Source: an uncultured virus (IMG/VR IMGVR_UViG_3300032676_000720) (Duplodnaviria > Heunggongvirae > Uroviricota > Caudoviricetes). From it: a DNA stretch of 64,000 nt. A model generated the notes under the pieces. The model did not search any database, was not told the DNA's origin, and saw only the letters and a program-made list of their open reading frames with translations. The stretch lies in IMG/VR virus record IMGVR_UViG_3300032676_000720; one strand, given 5' to 3'. The translations under genes and the position numbers were made by a program. Below are positions 20,018 to 29,694 of this stretch, in pieces; position 1 is the first letter of the stretch; each line of letters opens with the position of its first letter.

Positions 20018-20584
20018 TTATGCTATAAATCCAAGTGCTGATAATTTTTCACGAACTTCTTTGTAAGTAAAATGATTACCAAATTGTATCGATAATGTGA
20101 TTCTATGTACATCGCTGTTATTAACAACTCTATGAGGTATAGTAGTGTTAACTAAACAGCCATGTCCAAATGCTGATTCCTCGTATGTATCATGTAGAGT
20201 ACTATCCTTGGTACCAGCCGCCAAATGCTTATAATTTTTATCAGGTTTAGGTAATATTAATTTTGAATTCCACTGAATAAGGCCAGTGCCTTCTAATACC
20301 CAATTGATAGCAAACATAGTAGTTTCTGAATTAGTTCCGTCGATATGCCAAGGAAAAGATCCATTGGGTCGCCATCTAAAAATTCTAACTACAGTAGGAA
20401 AAATATTTTCAGCTGACAAACTCTCTCTAATTTCCTTAGTCCAAAATAAATTTTTAGCACCTATTAACGGGTAAGCTCTCCATCGCGGAATATTATCTGT
20501 AATATCTGTAGGACTATTAGGCCATATTTTTTTGTAATTTATGTTTGGCGCAGGTAATGTAGTTTGAGTATAAAACTGATTCAT
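20018..20584 (-). CDS. 2OG-Fe(II)/cupin-like oxygenase
   Basis: WHIDG, AINW, NTTIPHRV, RITLSI. Confidence 0.65.
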   Translation of the reverse strand: MNQFYTQTTLPAPNINYKKIWPNSPTDITDNIPRWRAYPLIGAKNLFWTKEIRESLSAENIFPTVVRIFRWRPNGSFPWHIDGTNSETTMFAINWVLEGTGLIQWNSKLILPKPDKNYKHLAAGTKDSTLHDTYEESAFGHGCLVNTTIPHRVVNNSDVHRITLSIQFGNHFTYKEVREKLSALGFIA

Positions 20585-20600
20585 CTTATATTTAAGATTA

Positions 20601-20693
20601 TGGCGGAGAGCTAGGGATTCGAACCCCAGATGGACTGTTTAGATCCATGCCCGCTTAGTAGGCGGGTGCCTTCGACCGCTCGGCCAGCTCTCC
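20601..20693 (-). tRNA. tRNA-Ser with ACU anticodon
   Basis: Class II Ser body, G73; CCCGC-CT-ACT-AA-GCGGG. Confidence 0.9.
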
Positions 20694-20704
20694 GTAATTC
20701 TTTT

Positions 20705-21004
20705 TTACTTATGACGCTTGGGCGGCGCTGTAGATTTTAGTAAGTACTCTCCAGCATCGATCTCGCCTGCTTCAATTTCTAATAGTACTGTAACTAAATC
20801 GCCATAAGCCGACTTAACCTTGCGAGTATGTCCGGTACGCAATTCGCGAATACGAGCGGCACCAATTGAAATTAATTCATATCGGCCAACGACTTTAGCA
20901 GCCGCTTCAGATGTGCGCCCGGTGGTGTCCGTTGGATCATATTTGGTTGGAACCAAGCGTGGAACAATTTTATCGCCAGTTAGTGGTTGTTGTACTAATT
21001 TCAT
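20705..21004 (-). CDS. rpoZ: RNA polymerase omega subunit-like protein
   Basis: RYELISIGAARIRELRTGH...VTVLLEIEAGEI fits the omega pattern RFxL...RARQL..G...A.xEI..G. Confidence 0.6.
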   Translation of the reverse strand: MKLVQQPLTGDKIVPRLVPTKYDPTDTTGRTSEAAAKVVGRYELISIGAARIRELRTGHTRKVKSAYGDLVTVLLEIEAGEIDAGEYLLKSTAPPKRHK

Positions 21005-21236
21005 ATATACCTTTATAGTGGTTGGATTACTTTGTTAAAAATTGTGTGTTACGGAATGCTTTAAGGATTTCATAAGTCTTTTTCTTACTAGCCATAATTT
21101 GGCGACTAGCTTCTGCTCGTTTTTCAGTTTTAGACCATTGACCCGCTAATGTGCGCGAAAGTTCTGATGCTGTTTGTTGTGGTTTTGCCATGATGGTTCC
21201 TTTTATGTAAGTTATATTATACTACAATACTCGATG

Positions 21237-21869
21237 TTAGTCAAGCGGTTTGATGATTTCGTCTACCGATTTGTCTATTGCTACTGTAACAATTAATCTG
21301 GGCCCTTCGCTTAATACTACAGCATGGGCACAATCGGTTTTTACAAAGGCACTAGGAGTTAATAAATTTGGAACGGATAATGTAGGTTCTTTTAGATATT
21401 CCCACCGCTCTTCTGGATTGGATCCTGGTATTGCTTTGCTTACATACTCTTGTCCGGTAATACTATGAAATTTCCAATCAACTAGTCGAGAATCGCCGTA
21501 TTCCATATTGCCCCACCAAACCATTGGGTCTTGGGGATTACCTTGAACCATTACATTAAATCGAGATTTAATTTTGTAAGCATTACCCTTGCTGAACTTT
21601 GCGTCCATATGTGGATTACTTTTAATAGCATAAGGCATATTGCTAACAAATACATTTATGCCATAGTAACTTGTGTCGCAGTTATATTTAGATAAAAACT
21701 GTTTTAATTCTTGCCCTGCTAAACTATTTTGCCACTCGTTTTGATATTCGTACTGTGTAACATCTAAGTCGTGAAAGAATTTTCGATTGAATCTTTCTTC
21801 GTATCGATCCAATATCCACTGTCTAGCAGTTTCAGAAAAAGCAAAATCTGTTTTGTGAAAGAAAGTCAT
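21237..21869 (-). CDS. 2OG-Fe(II)/cupin-like oxygenase
   Basis: PHMD, SRFN, FVKTDCAH, PRLIVTV; paralog of the two genes at 37764-39009. Confidence 0.6.
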   Translation of the reverse strand: MTFFHKTDFAFSETARQWILDRYEERFNRKFFHDLDVTQYEYQNEWQNSLAGQELKQFLSKYNCDTSYYGINVFVSNMPYAIKSNPHMDAKFSKGNAYKIKSRFNVMVQGNPQDPMVWWGNMEYGDSRLVDWKFHSITGQEYVSKAIPGSNPEERWEYLKEPTLSVPNLLTPSAFVKTDCAHAVVLSEGPRLIVTVAIDKSVDEIIKPLD

Positions 21870-22483
21870 TTTTTCCAATAAGGGGTAAGGTCTTTGGGCA
21901 TTTCGTAATCATTACGATTCATTAGTATTTCGATATTATTATATTGTTCGTTTCCGGTCCACGGAGCACCGACTGCTAATGTAACCTTAACTTCGTCGGC
22001 AGTATTAACCATACCATGAGCCCAGCCACCGTCCATTAGAAAAGGACCTTCTGCACTTGGAGCGTACTTGTTACCATCTTTGGTTATAAAATATAAAGTA
22101 TCAGTGCGCCCTTGTAATATAATTCTAAATTTGTGCTGTTTGGTATTAAGCTCGTGTGGATCACAATCTATGTGTTCGTAGTTAGCTACTCCAGGTTGCG
22201 TAATTAATGCCATAACTCTAGACTTCATGCCCATCCACGGAAATACTACATTATCAAACCAATCGCTAATAAGTTTTGGAGTATGGGCGTTCCAATTAAA
22301 TTCTCCCGGCAAACTATTTGACGCTATCATGCCACCTTTGCTCATTAAAGGAATCATTTTGGTATGTCTATAGTCGTCCCAAAAACTATATCTGTCTGGA
22401 ATGTTTAAAATTTGTTCAGCCGCCTCTTTTTGATCTAGAGCAACTAAATTCACACTAGCAAAGAGTAAGTTATCATTTGGCAT
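21866..22483 (-). CDS. Asp/Asn beta-hydroxylase-like 2OG oxygenase
   Basis: EHIDC...DGGWAHGMVN. Confidence 0.6.
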   Translation of the reverse strand: MPNDNLLFASVNLVALDQKEAAEQILNIPDRYSFWDDYRHTKMIPLMSKGGMIASNSLPGEFNWNAHTPKLISDWFDNVVFPWMGMKSRVMALITQPGVANYEHIDCDPHELNTKQHKFRIILQGRTDTLYFITKDGNKYAPSAEGPFLMDGGWAHGMVNTADEVKVTLAVGAPWTGNEQYNNIEILMNRNDYEMPKDLTPYWKK

Positions 22484-22488
22484 GGTGA

Positions 22489-22502
22489 TATTTATATAAA
22501 TA
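22489..22502. promoter_or_regulatory. Overlapping divergent TATAAATA late-promoter pair
   Basis: Palindrome TATTTATATAAATA, 5 nt from ATG on each side. Confidence 0.75.
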
Positions 22503-22507
22503 TTTTT

Positions 22508-23086
22508 ATGGACCACTATAAATTAATCAATTGGGATTCGGCACCAATTGAAGAAATCTTATCTATTATTACAATACAAAATAAGGATCGCGAACAAGTG
22601 GTTCCTATAAACAAAGAAACTGAACAAAAAATTTTAGAATTATTAAAAGTTAATGTGTCTAAAATTGATAGACGAAGAATTATGTTAGTGTACTTTCCGC
22701 CCAACAAAGCTATAAACATACATTCAGACAAACCCAAAGAAACTAAAGATCCAGGAAAACTACACAGATGTATATTCTTACCTTTGAAGAATTGTGAGAA
22801 TTTAATATGGTCTTGGTTTGAACCTGCCGATCCTTCAAAAATATTTTACTACGGAGAATCAGAAAACTGGCAAACAGTTCCTATGATACATTATAAGTAT
22901 GCTAAGGAAATTGAAAGCGTTGTTTGTGACAAACCATTTTTAAGTGATATTGGTACTTTCCATGCTTTACGCAATACTAGTGATAGTCCAGCGATTGGTA
23001 TTAGCATTAGATTAATGCCCTGGGCATGGGAAACATTAGATACTGATCCTGTACTGCCACCCATTGATGCTATTACACTAAGATGA
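22508..23086 (+). CDS. 2OG-Fe(II)/cupin-like oxygenase
   Basis: IHSD...DIGTFHALRN. Confidence 0.6.
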   Translation: MDHYKLINWDSAPIEEILSIITIQNKDREQVVPINKETEQKILELLKVNVSKIDRRRIMLVYFPPNKAINIHSDKPKETKDPGKLHRCIFLPLKNCENLIWSWFEPADPSKIFYYGESENWQTVPMIHYKYAKEIESVVCDKPFLSDIGTFHALRNTSDSPAIGISIRLMPWAWETLDTDPVLPPIDAITLR

Positions 23087-23622
23087 AATATTACAAATAC
23101 TTAGATTTAAATTTTGAAACAGTTTCCGCAAAATTAAACGATTACATAAACAAACACAGTCAACTATTTTTAGTGGACCAAAGAACTTCGTCTTGGAAAT
23201 CAGTTGACTTAACTGACCTTTTAAAAGATGTGCCTGAATTAAGCGAAATGCTAGCTCCTTTAAACATTACATTAAGATATGCGGCATTTTTTGTTAGCGA
23301 TTATGCTACCGGAACTTTACACATAGACCACGACATAAATTCTAATTGTAGAATAATCATACCAGTATTAAATTGTGAAAATACCGAAACTAGGTTTTTT
23401 ACTACTAGCGCGGCACCTGAAAAAGTTTTACAACCTAATGGTATCCCGTTATTGAAATTAGATCCATCTAAATGTACTCATGTTGATCAATATTATCTTG
23501 ATAAACCTTTGATATTTAGAAATGATCAACCGCATCAAGTAGTGAGTAATAATCCAAATAATCCACGCATATCTTTTACAATGGGGTTTGTCGAAGATAT
23601 AGAATATCTATTATATGAATAA
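23083..23622 (+). CDS. 2OG-Fe(II)/cupin-like oxygenase
   Basis: LHID, PVLNC, PHQV, PRISFT. Confidence 0.65.
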   Translation: MKYYKYLDLNFETVSAKLNDYINKHSQLFLVDQRTSSWKSVDLTDLLKDVPELSEMLAPLNITLRYAAFFVSDYATGTLHIDHDINSNCRIIIPVLNCENTETRFFTTSAAPEKVLQPNGIPLLKLDPSKCTHVDQYYLDKPLIFRNDQPHQVVSNNPNNPRISFTMGFVEDIEYLLYE

Positions 23623-24178
23623 TTATTGTGTTGATCTTAGCCTAGATTTACCACTGTTCAAATCAGAACTATCTCCTGTTGAATTTTTAAAACAAAATTA
23701 CGAACTAACAGGACATTTTCAAATTAATATTAGTGACCTAAGTGTTGAGCTAGTAGAATTTTTAAATAAGCTGGGGTTAGCTGTAAGATTAGTTGAAATT
23801 TTTTATAGACAACCTTATGGTGGCGGGAATATACATAGTGATACAGAAGTAGCAGGTGACTATGCTAAATTAAATTGGGTTTATGGCAACGGCACAATGT
23901 ATTGGTACAAAACAAACAAAAATTATACGCCCACAGTTCTTAATACTACAGCTATTAAATCTTACGCTTTATATTATAATGAACCAGAAGTAGAGTTAGT
24001 ACATTCACAAAAAGTAGGACAACCTAGTTTAGTACAAGTAGGATGTCCTCACAGAGTAGTTAATAGTGATACTGAAAGATTTTGTATAAGTCTGGTATTT
24101 GAAACAATCAGTACTAAAGAAAGATTAACTTTTCAAGAAGCTGTAACTGTATTTTCTGAATTCATTAAAACTAAATGA
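23615..24178 (+). CDS. 2OG-Fe(II)/cupin-like oxygenase
   Basis: IHSD, KLNW, PHRVVN, RFCISL. Confidence 0.65.
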   Translation: MNNYCVDLSLDLPLFKSELSPVEFLKQNYELTGHFQINISDLSVELVEFLNKLGLAVRLVEIFYRQPYGGGNIHSDTEVAGDYAKLNWVYGNGTMYWYKTNKNYTPTVLNTTAIKSYALYYNEPEVELVHSQKVGQPSLVQVGCPHRVVNSDTERFCISLVFETISTKERLTFQEAVTVFSEFIKTK

Positions 24179-24705
24179 ATCGGGTAATCACCAAAACCAA
24201 TAGTAACACTTAATCTTGGCTCAGTTAAGTTTGGATTAGTATAAACTCCATGCGGTACTTTTGAATTAAACACAACAGGTTGAATTAATTCAATAGAACC
24301 AATTTCTGGCATTGGATTAACTGCGGATATAGTTAAAAAACTATTACCGTTGGGATTGAATCGTTCTTCTACTTGATTACCGTTTAAGGCATAGAACTTT
24401 GTATAACTACCTTGGCAATTTTTAACAGGCATTAACAGTCTATATTTGGCAGGACCTTGATCAATATGAATTTTGCCATCGTCACCTGGCGTTCTGTGTA
24501 TTATAGAAATCATTTTAATGGGACAATTAACTAATTTAGCACAAGAATCTATTAACTCAGGAACAAAAGACAACACCTCTTCTAGATTAAGCGTATTCCA
24601 ATCGTATTTGTCTTCAAGTATTGTTGTATGGTTAACTACATAATCGTATAACTTATTTGATATAAGTTCTTGATTATCTATTGTTAAAAATTTGTATAAT
24701 TCCAT
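24133..24705 (-). CDS. 2OG-Fe(II)/cupin-like oxygenase
   Basis: IHID, PVKNC, PHGV, PRLSVT. Confidence 0.65.
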   Translation of the reverse strand: MELYKFLTIDNQELISNKLYDYVVNHTTILEDKYDWNTLNLEEVLSFVPELIDSCAKLVNCPIKMISIIHRTPGDDGKIHIDQGPAKYRLLMPVKNCQGSYTKFYALNGNQVEERFNPNGNSFLTISAVNPMPEIGSIELIQPVVFNSKVPHGVYTNPNLTEPRLSVTIGFGDYPIHLVLMNSENTVTAS

Positions 24706-24734
24706 AGCAGTATTTATTACCTAATAAATAGTTC

Positions 24735-25259
24735 ATGACTGAATTTATGTATAAATTGGATTTGCCACCATTAGATGAAATTCTTACAGATTTTGGAAAG
24801 AAAGAATTACTAATAGGCAAAGACAAAACATTGTACAAACAATACCATCCCAAAGATCTAGTTAAACCCGAATGGTTATCATGGCGTGGTATTGAATGGG
24901 ATTTTGTTAACTTTTTCTATAAAAATAATTATCAAGGAATAATACACATTGACGGACCTGGCGTATGGGGCATTAATTGGATATACAACGGATACGGTAC
25001 TATGGAATACTGGAGACCCGAAGATGTGGATCAGCACCCAGCAGAATATGATGATATAGGTAGTAAGCGAAGTGAATGTTTTGCCAAAGTAGAACCAATT
25101 AAAGTTTATAAAACTATGCCGGGAGCATACTTAACAGATGCGTCGGTTCCACATCGTCCTTCGGGATATAACGGAAGGTACGCTTTTAGTTTACGATGCT
25201 ATAGTAAAAATATAACTTGGCAAGAAGCAATTGATAAATTTCAAGATTTGTTTATATGA
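24735..25259 (+). CDS. 2OG-Fe(II)/cupin-like oxygenase
   Basis: IHID, GINW, VPHR, RYAFSLR. Confidence 0.65.
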   Translation: MTEFMYKLDLPPLDEILTDFGKKELLIGKDKTLYKQYHPKDLVKPEWLSWRGIEWDFVNFFYKNNYQGIIHIDGPGVWGINWIYNGYGTMEYWRPEDVDQHPAEYDDIGSKRSECFAKVEPIKVYKTMPGAYLTDASVPHRPSGYNGRYAFSLRCYSKNITWQEAIDKFQDLFI

Positions 25260-25852
25260 TTAATATTAATGCTACTAAAAAACCTATTATTATATTTGCT
25301 AGTCCTAGAACTGGTAGTACTGCGCTAGGGCATCATTTGGAAAGTCTTTATCCTAATCTTAAATATTATAACGAACCTAATTTTTTTGTTGACGAAATGA
25401 AAAATTTTATGGATAGATTCGACAGTGGCAATGATGATTATATTTTAAAATTAATGGGCACCTCATTAAATGTCTATCCATCTCATGTTATTGCTAAAAT
25501 GTTTTCTAACGAAGTATTCAAAATTAAAATAACTCGTAAAGATATTATAGAACAAACAGCAAGTCATTATGTAGCAAATGAAAGAGATTTATGGGATTAT
25601 AAGGATGTTGATGATAACACTTGTAATAATTTAGCCTCACATAATATTGAAATTAATATAGATAGAGTTAATAAAAGTATTGAGTGTGTTGAATTTGATA
25701 ACATGATTATCAGTAAGATTTCTGCCGACTTAGAATTATATTACGAAGATTTTGAAGAATTTAAATCGCCAACTAAAAGAACTCCGTTACCGCTTAACTA
25801 CCCGTTGCTTCTTCATGTAATAAAAAAGTTATATAGTACCAGGGTCAGTTAA
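25256..25852 (+). CDS. Sulfotransferase-like protein
   Basis: SPRTGST PAPS loop, NEP, RKD...S, YYEDF. Confidence 0.7.
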   Translation: MININATKKPIIIFASPRTGSTALGHHLESLYPNLKYYNEPNFFVDEMKNFMDRFDSGNDDYILKLMGTSLNVYPSHVIAKMFSNEVFKIKITRKDIIEQTASHYVANERDLWDYKDVDDNTCNNLASHNIEINIDRVNKSIECVEFDNMIISKISADLELYYEDFEEFKSPTKRTPLPLNYPLLLHVIKKLYSTRVS

Positions 25853-26455
25853 ATCAAGTTGAGCAAAGCCCCACGCTCTTTCAGTACAACCGTTACAAAC
25901 ATTACATCTGCCTACTTGATATTTTTCATCGGCACAACTATGAGTAATATAAAATAATACTTGTTGATTAAGTTTACATATCATATCTATGATATGACTT
26001 TTATTAATTTTCTGAAATGGGGTTTTAAATCTAGCGGTTTCTCTGCTAGGTATTGGCTCCCAATTAACCATATGTTGTGGCAACTGTTCTATCACGCCAG
26101 CATATACTATATTAAACCCTAATGTAAGAGCTTCGTCTACTGCCGATTTTACTTGTTGTTCTTCTGGGAGAGTATTGTCGCCAACTATCTGTGGATCTTG
26201 GAATGGCAATTGAAATAGCGGATTGATGTGTCCAACAACTAAGCTACTACAATATCTAGATCCTTCTTTACGCATTATAGAGATAGGCAGTATTTCGTGT
26301 ACATTACCTCTTAGTTTGTTTTCTAATAATAGCAAGTAATATAAGATTGCGCTGTCTGTGCCGCCGCTAACTAATACTCCTATTTTAGATTTCTTTTTAG
26401 GAAGAGTAATTGATATAGTGCGTTGGTCGTCTTTTGGTCCGCAAGTAATATTCAT
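25829..26455 (-). CDS. QueC-like PP-loop protein
   Basis: SGGTDS; THSC...CNVCNGCTER Zn motif. Confidence 0.65.
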   Translation of the reverse strand: MNITCGPKDDQRTISITLPKKKSKIGVLVSGGTDSAILYYLLLLENKLRGNVHEILPISIMRKEGSRYCSSLVVGHINPLFQLPFQDPQIVGDNTLPEEQQVKSAVDEALTLGFNIVYAGVIEQLPQHMVNWEPIPSRETARFKTPFQKINKSHIIDMICKLNQQVLFYITHSCADEKYQVGRCNVCNGCTERAWGFAQLDLTDPGTI

Positions 26456-26472
26456 TGTACTCTATTTAGTGG

Positions 26473-26560
26473 TGGTGCCCCGGATGAGATTCGAACTCAC
26501 AACTAGGTTTTTCCTTCTTCCTTTTGAGAGAAGTGCGTCTGCCAATTTCGCCACCGGGGC
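26473..26560 (-). tRNA. tRNA-Leu(CAA)
   Basis: Class II; CTTCT-CT-CAA-AA-GGAAG; A73, CCA. Confidence 0.85.
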
Positions 26561-26564
26561 AATA

Positions 26565-26714
26565 CTACATTGCGGGACCGTTGCCGTTCCTAAATCCTAT
26601 AGTTCCACCTTCGGCTCCTGTCTGACGCTGTCCTAACCTGTAGCCACCAAAGAACAGCATAATAGTGGCCACTACACCAAACAAAAATCCCACGACTTTA
26701 ACTTGTTGATCCAT
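26565..26714 (-). CDS. Small membrane protein fused to a phosphoesterase C-terminal remnant
   Basis: MDQQVKVVGFLFG... ends EGGTIGFRNGNGPAM, cf. EQGGEVGFKNGNGPVM at 29695. Confidence 0.5.
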   Translation of the reverse strand: MDQQVKVVGFLFGVVATIMLFFGGYRLGQRQTGAEGGTIGFRNGNGPAM

Positions 26715-26799
26715 TATCGTTGCCTCATAATAAAATAGGTTATTACGGAGCCAATGATATAGCCCGCCACATAGGGCAAGTAGTATTGTAAATATTCCA

Positions 26800-27057
26800 T
26801 CATAGTTCAACTCCAAAATGGTCTTGAATTCTTCGTTTAACTTCATGTAAAGCACCATTGTAATCTGTGTATAGTTCATTGCTGGTCCAACTGCCATCTA
26901 CATTACGATTTACTAAATCATCAGTAACACTAACACATTCCCGCACAATTAACTCGGCGAATTTCATTCTACTAAATGAATAGTATTCTTCGCCAGTGAT
27001 AGGGTCAATTAGTTTTTCTTGTGCTAATGCAGAGAGTTCGTTAAATTTCTCGTTCAT
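26800..27057 (-). CDS. MNE..FAEL..HFGV family protein
   Basis: MNEKFNEL, KFAELIVREC, HFGVEL. Confidence 0.7.
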   Translation of the reverse strand: MNEKFNELSALAQEKLIDPITGEEYYSFSRMKFAELIVRECVSVTDDLVNRNVDGSWTSNELYTDYNGALHEVKRRIQDHFGVEL

Positions 27058-27225
27058 TAATAATTCTCTTTAACAATACAGAAAGCTGGCTTTTTATATT
27101 CTTCGACGATGTTTTGTTCTTTAATAAACTTATTCATCTCGGGTGCAGTAAAGAACATTTTATGTATAACTGGCTTGTGAGTTGATGTATCTACTACTGA
27201 TAGAAACCATGATTTTACGGCCATT

Positions 27226-27456
27226 TTATTTTGCTTTCTGATATTGTCGTTTAATTTGTTCTACTGCGTGAGTAACTGATGCATTGTATCCGTTTTCCCA
27301 GTCTTGATAGCCGGCAGCTGGTTCAGCAATTTTCTGACTTTTAATAATCTTGCAAATGTCACGGGCAATCAATTCTGCTAACAAGTTAGCACGGCCAGCA
27401 AGTTCCGGAGCAGCAAATCCTGCTTCGAGCATTAGTTCTCTAATCTTCTCGTTCAT
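27226..27456 (-). CDS. MNE-family protein, divergent
   Basis: MNEKIRELMLEAG, LAELIA. Confidence 0.6.
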   Translation of the reverse strand: MNEKIRELMLEAGFAAPELAGRANLLAELIARDICKIIKSQKIAEPAAGYQDWENGYNASVTHAVEQIKRQYQKAK

Positions 27457-27555
27457 ATTAAAAGTATCCTAAAAAATGTAATACACCTAAAACTATCCAT
27501 GATATACCATAAGGAATAGACCACCAACTCATTCTCTCTACATACTCTGTATCAG

Positions 27556-27855
27556 TCATTCTTCAACTCCAAAATGTTGTTTAATACTATTAGACAATTC
27601 TTCTCGCCATTCTTGATCCCACGATTGGTAATCCTTTTGGTCAACCACTCCTATACATTCCCGAACAGTTTCAATTGTTCCATCGCTACGACCCTGGATG
27701 TAGCCTGCGCTAAAGTATTTGGCTTCAAACTCTTTCTCCAGCAACTCGGCGAACTTTTCTCTTAAGGGCTCGGGAAGCATAATGGTAGCAAACTGATGTT
27801 CCTTTGAAAACTCTTTTAAAGCCGTGTCCCAAAGGTTTTTAATATTCTCGTTCAT
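27556..27855 (-). CDS. MNE..FAEL..HFGV family protein
   Basis: MNENIKNL, EKFAELL, HFGVEE. Confidence 0.7.
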   Translation of the reverse strand: MNENIKNLWDTALKEFSKEHQFATIMLPEPLREKFAELLEKEFEAKYFSAGYIQGRSDGTIETVRECIGVVDQKDYQSWDQEWREELSNSIKQHFGVEE

Positions 27856-28091
27856 TCTTCAACTCCGAAAACTGAAATTTTCTTAACCATATCACCTAAC
27901 CGCAGTTCCACAGATAAACGACGCTCGTTTCCGTTAAACATGCCGTCGCTAACTACAGCCGTATTAGCGATTTCATTAAACAATAACTCGGCGAACTTTT
28001 CTTTATCAAAAATCCAACCTTCGCCGCTGTTTGATGTTGGCTCAATATAAGTTGTAGCCTGTTCAGCAAGTTCTCGAATTCGTTCGTTCAT
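27852..28091 (-). CDS. MNE..FAEL..FGV family protein
   Basis: MNERIRELAEQA, EKFAELL, VFGVEE. Confidence 0.7.
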   Translation of the reverse strand: MNERIRELAEQATTYIEPTSNSGEGWIFDKEKFAELLFNEIANTAVVSDGMFNGNERRLSVELRLGDMVKKISVFGVEE

Positions 28092-28327
28092 CTTTCAACT
28101 CCAAAATGTTGTAAAATCTGTTCGCTACAATGTTCTCTACTTCTAACATCATCGCCAGGTCCTGGACGGCTAACACACAGTAAAGCACATTCCTTAACAA
28201 TCAACTCGGCGAACTTCTCCAAGTATTCTTCAGGAGTATAGTTGTCTATCATTTCTCTGCCACTATCGTCCCAAAGTGTAAATCCTATGCCAGCATCAAG
28301 GGCAAGTTGTTTAATCTTCTCGTTCAT
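28088..28327 (-). CDS. MNE..FAEL..HFGV family protein
   Basis: MNEKIKQLA, EKFAELIVKEC, HFGVER. Confidence 0.7.
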   Translation of the reverse strand: MNEKIKQLALDAGIGFTLWDDSGREMIDNYTPEEYLEKFAELIVKECALLCVSRPGPGDDVRSREHCSEQILQHFGVER

Positions 28328-28605
28328 ATTAATTTTCCATTCAATTCAATGACACGATATAATCTATTACATTCAGTGGTCATTGCTTCCACCAACATGG
28401 TCAACCGGTCCACTTCAATTTGTAATTCATCTGCTCGAACCATTTCGTGTGAGTGTGCCGAGAACAGCAGGTCTCGTTCCTTTTGTAGCTGGCGTAGCTT
28501 TGCCTCAGCTTTTATTAAATATGCTTCAGCATTTCCATAGTAGGATTCTGCGCCGGCAAGCATGGTTTTTATTTCATCAGCTAGTTCATTTGCGTTCATT
28601 ACCAT
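28324..28605 (-). CDS. Coiled-coil hypothetical protein
   Basis: ORF track. Confidence 0.55.
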   Translation of the reverse strand: MVMNANELADEIKTMLAGAESYYGNAEAYLIKAEAKLRQLQKERDLLFSAHSHEMVRADELQIEVDRLTMLVEAMTTECNRLYRVIELNGKLI

Positions 28606-28889
28606 TGTTCTGTTCCAAATTTTAGTCTAAACCATACAGCATCTGCAGGATCTCTAAAATAGACCACGGTGTAATCTTCGGACCGGTCAGCCACAGGACT
28701 GCGGCGGTGCCGGGTCCTGCCCCAGCTCTTGTCGTGATATGCTTCTATTGTAACCGGGGTGATCAATCTAGCAAACCAACGGCGGCCTTTTTGAACTCCA
28801 GCCGGTCCAAAGTTCTCTTCACAAAATGCGTATGTATAATACCAGGCGGCTGAATTACCTGCTCGAATTCGTGTAGTTGCTGTGCCCAT
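28599..28889 (-). CDS. Small FxLxW-family protein
   Basis: FCEENFGP...YFRDPADAVWFRLKF. Confidence 0.6.
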   Translation of the reverse strand: MGTATTRIRAGNSAAWYYTYAFCEENFGPAGVQKGRRWFARLITPVTIEAYHDKSWGRTRHRRSPVADRSEDYTVVYFRDPADAVWFRLKFGTEQW

Positions 28890-29251
28890 TATTCTACCCA
28901 CCATTCAATTTTAGGATTTGTTTTTTCATACTGTTCAACCAATTGGTCCATAGTCCACAAGTCATCAGTTTCAATAGTTTCTAACCATTTACCAAATTGA
29001 GCCCACGATGAATCTTTCATAGGATCAACACCAATTTCCGCACCCCACGGACCTAACCCTGTGCCACAACAATCAATACGACCACATGAATAACTTTGTA
29101 GTATCTCATCATACTCAAATGATTCACCAGCTTTTCTGCCAGTGAGTTTGGAATCTTCTGTTAGTGTTCGGGTGACCCGTTTGGTCAATCCGCGATCTAT
29201 ATACCATTGCAAGTTAATAACACCCATCCAATTTGTAGAATACCTAATCAT
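28889..29251 (-). CDS. Hypothetical protein
   Basis: ORF track. Confidence 0.6.
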   Translation of the reverse strand: MIRYSTNWMGVINLQWYIDRGLTKRVTRTLTEDSKLTGRKAGESFEYDEILQSYSCGRIDCCGTGLGPWGAEIGVDPMKDSSWAQFGKWLETIETDDLWTMDQLVEQYEKTNPKIEWWVE

Positions 29252-29253
29252 CG

Positions 29254-29523
29254 TTAACTCCAGGCCAAACGGAAAAAGGTTGCCAACTGCTCGGAAGCAA
29301 ATCTATAGCCCAATTCGGTCTGCTGATAATCGGTTCCACACTGATAGCCATGATCAACTAACCACTGACTCATGCCTTCGCATCGTTGAGCGATTTCTTT
29401 ACGGATCTCAAGTCTGTCCTGATTCTTACCTGTGCCTAGACTAGTATAGCGACGCACCAAATCCGCATAAAACGGTTCGGTATCTACAGCAATACAAAGA
29501 TGTGGGTATAGTAGTTGACTCAT
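29254..29523 (-). CDS. Small FxLxW-family protein
   Basis: Ends LATFFRLAWS; TTGACT-17-TATAAT (29530-29558) upstream. Confidence 0.6.
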   Translation of the reverse strand: MSQLLYPHLCIAVDTEPFYADLVRRYTSLGTGKNQDRLEIRKEIAQRCEGMSQWLVDHGYQCGTDYQQTELGYRFASEQLATFFRLAWS

Positions 29524-29694
29524 GCTACTATTATACTATCTTCAGTATTAAGAGTCAAGTCGTAAAAACCCACTAAAGTGTGCTTCTGTGAGAGGCAGGG
29601 TGGGTATGTGGCTTTTTGGCTACAGTTTTATTGTTTGGTGGCCAATCTTTCCACGGCTTGTTGAGCCATGGCCCGGAATGGACCCGAGGAAGGA

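Noticed and set aside
25829..26455. Confident queC assignment
   Set aside because: Motifs fit, but the gene lies over 20 kb from the que cluster among late oxygenases; left as QueC-like
26800..28327. CRISPR array or diversity-generating retroelement
   Set aside because: Repeats are in-frame coding anchors with irregular spacing; no cas or reverse transcriptase gene and no adenine-specific variation seen
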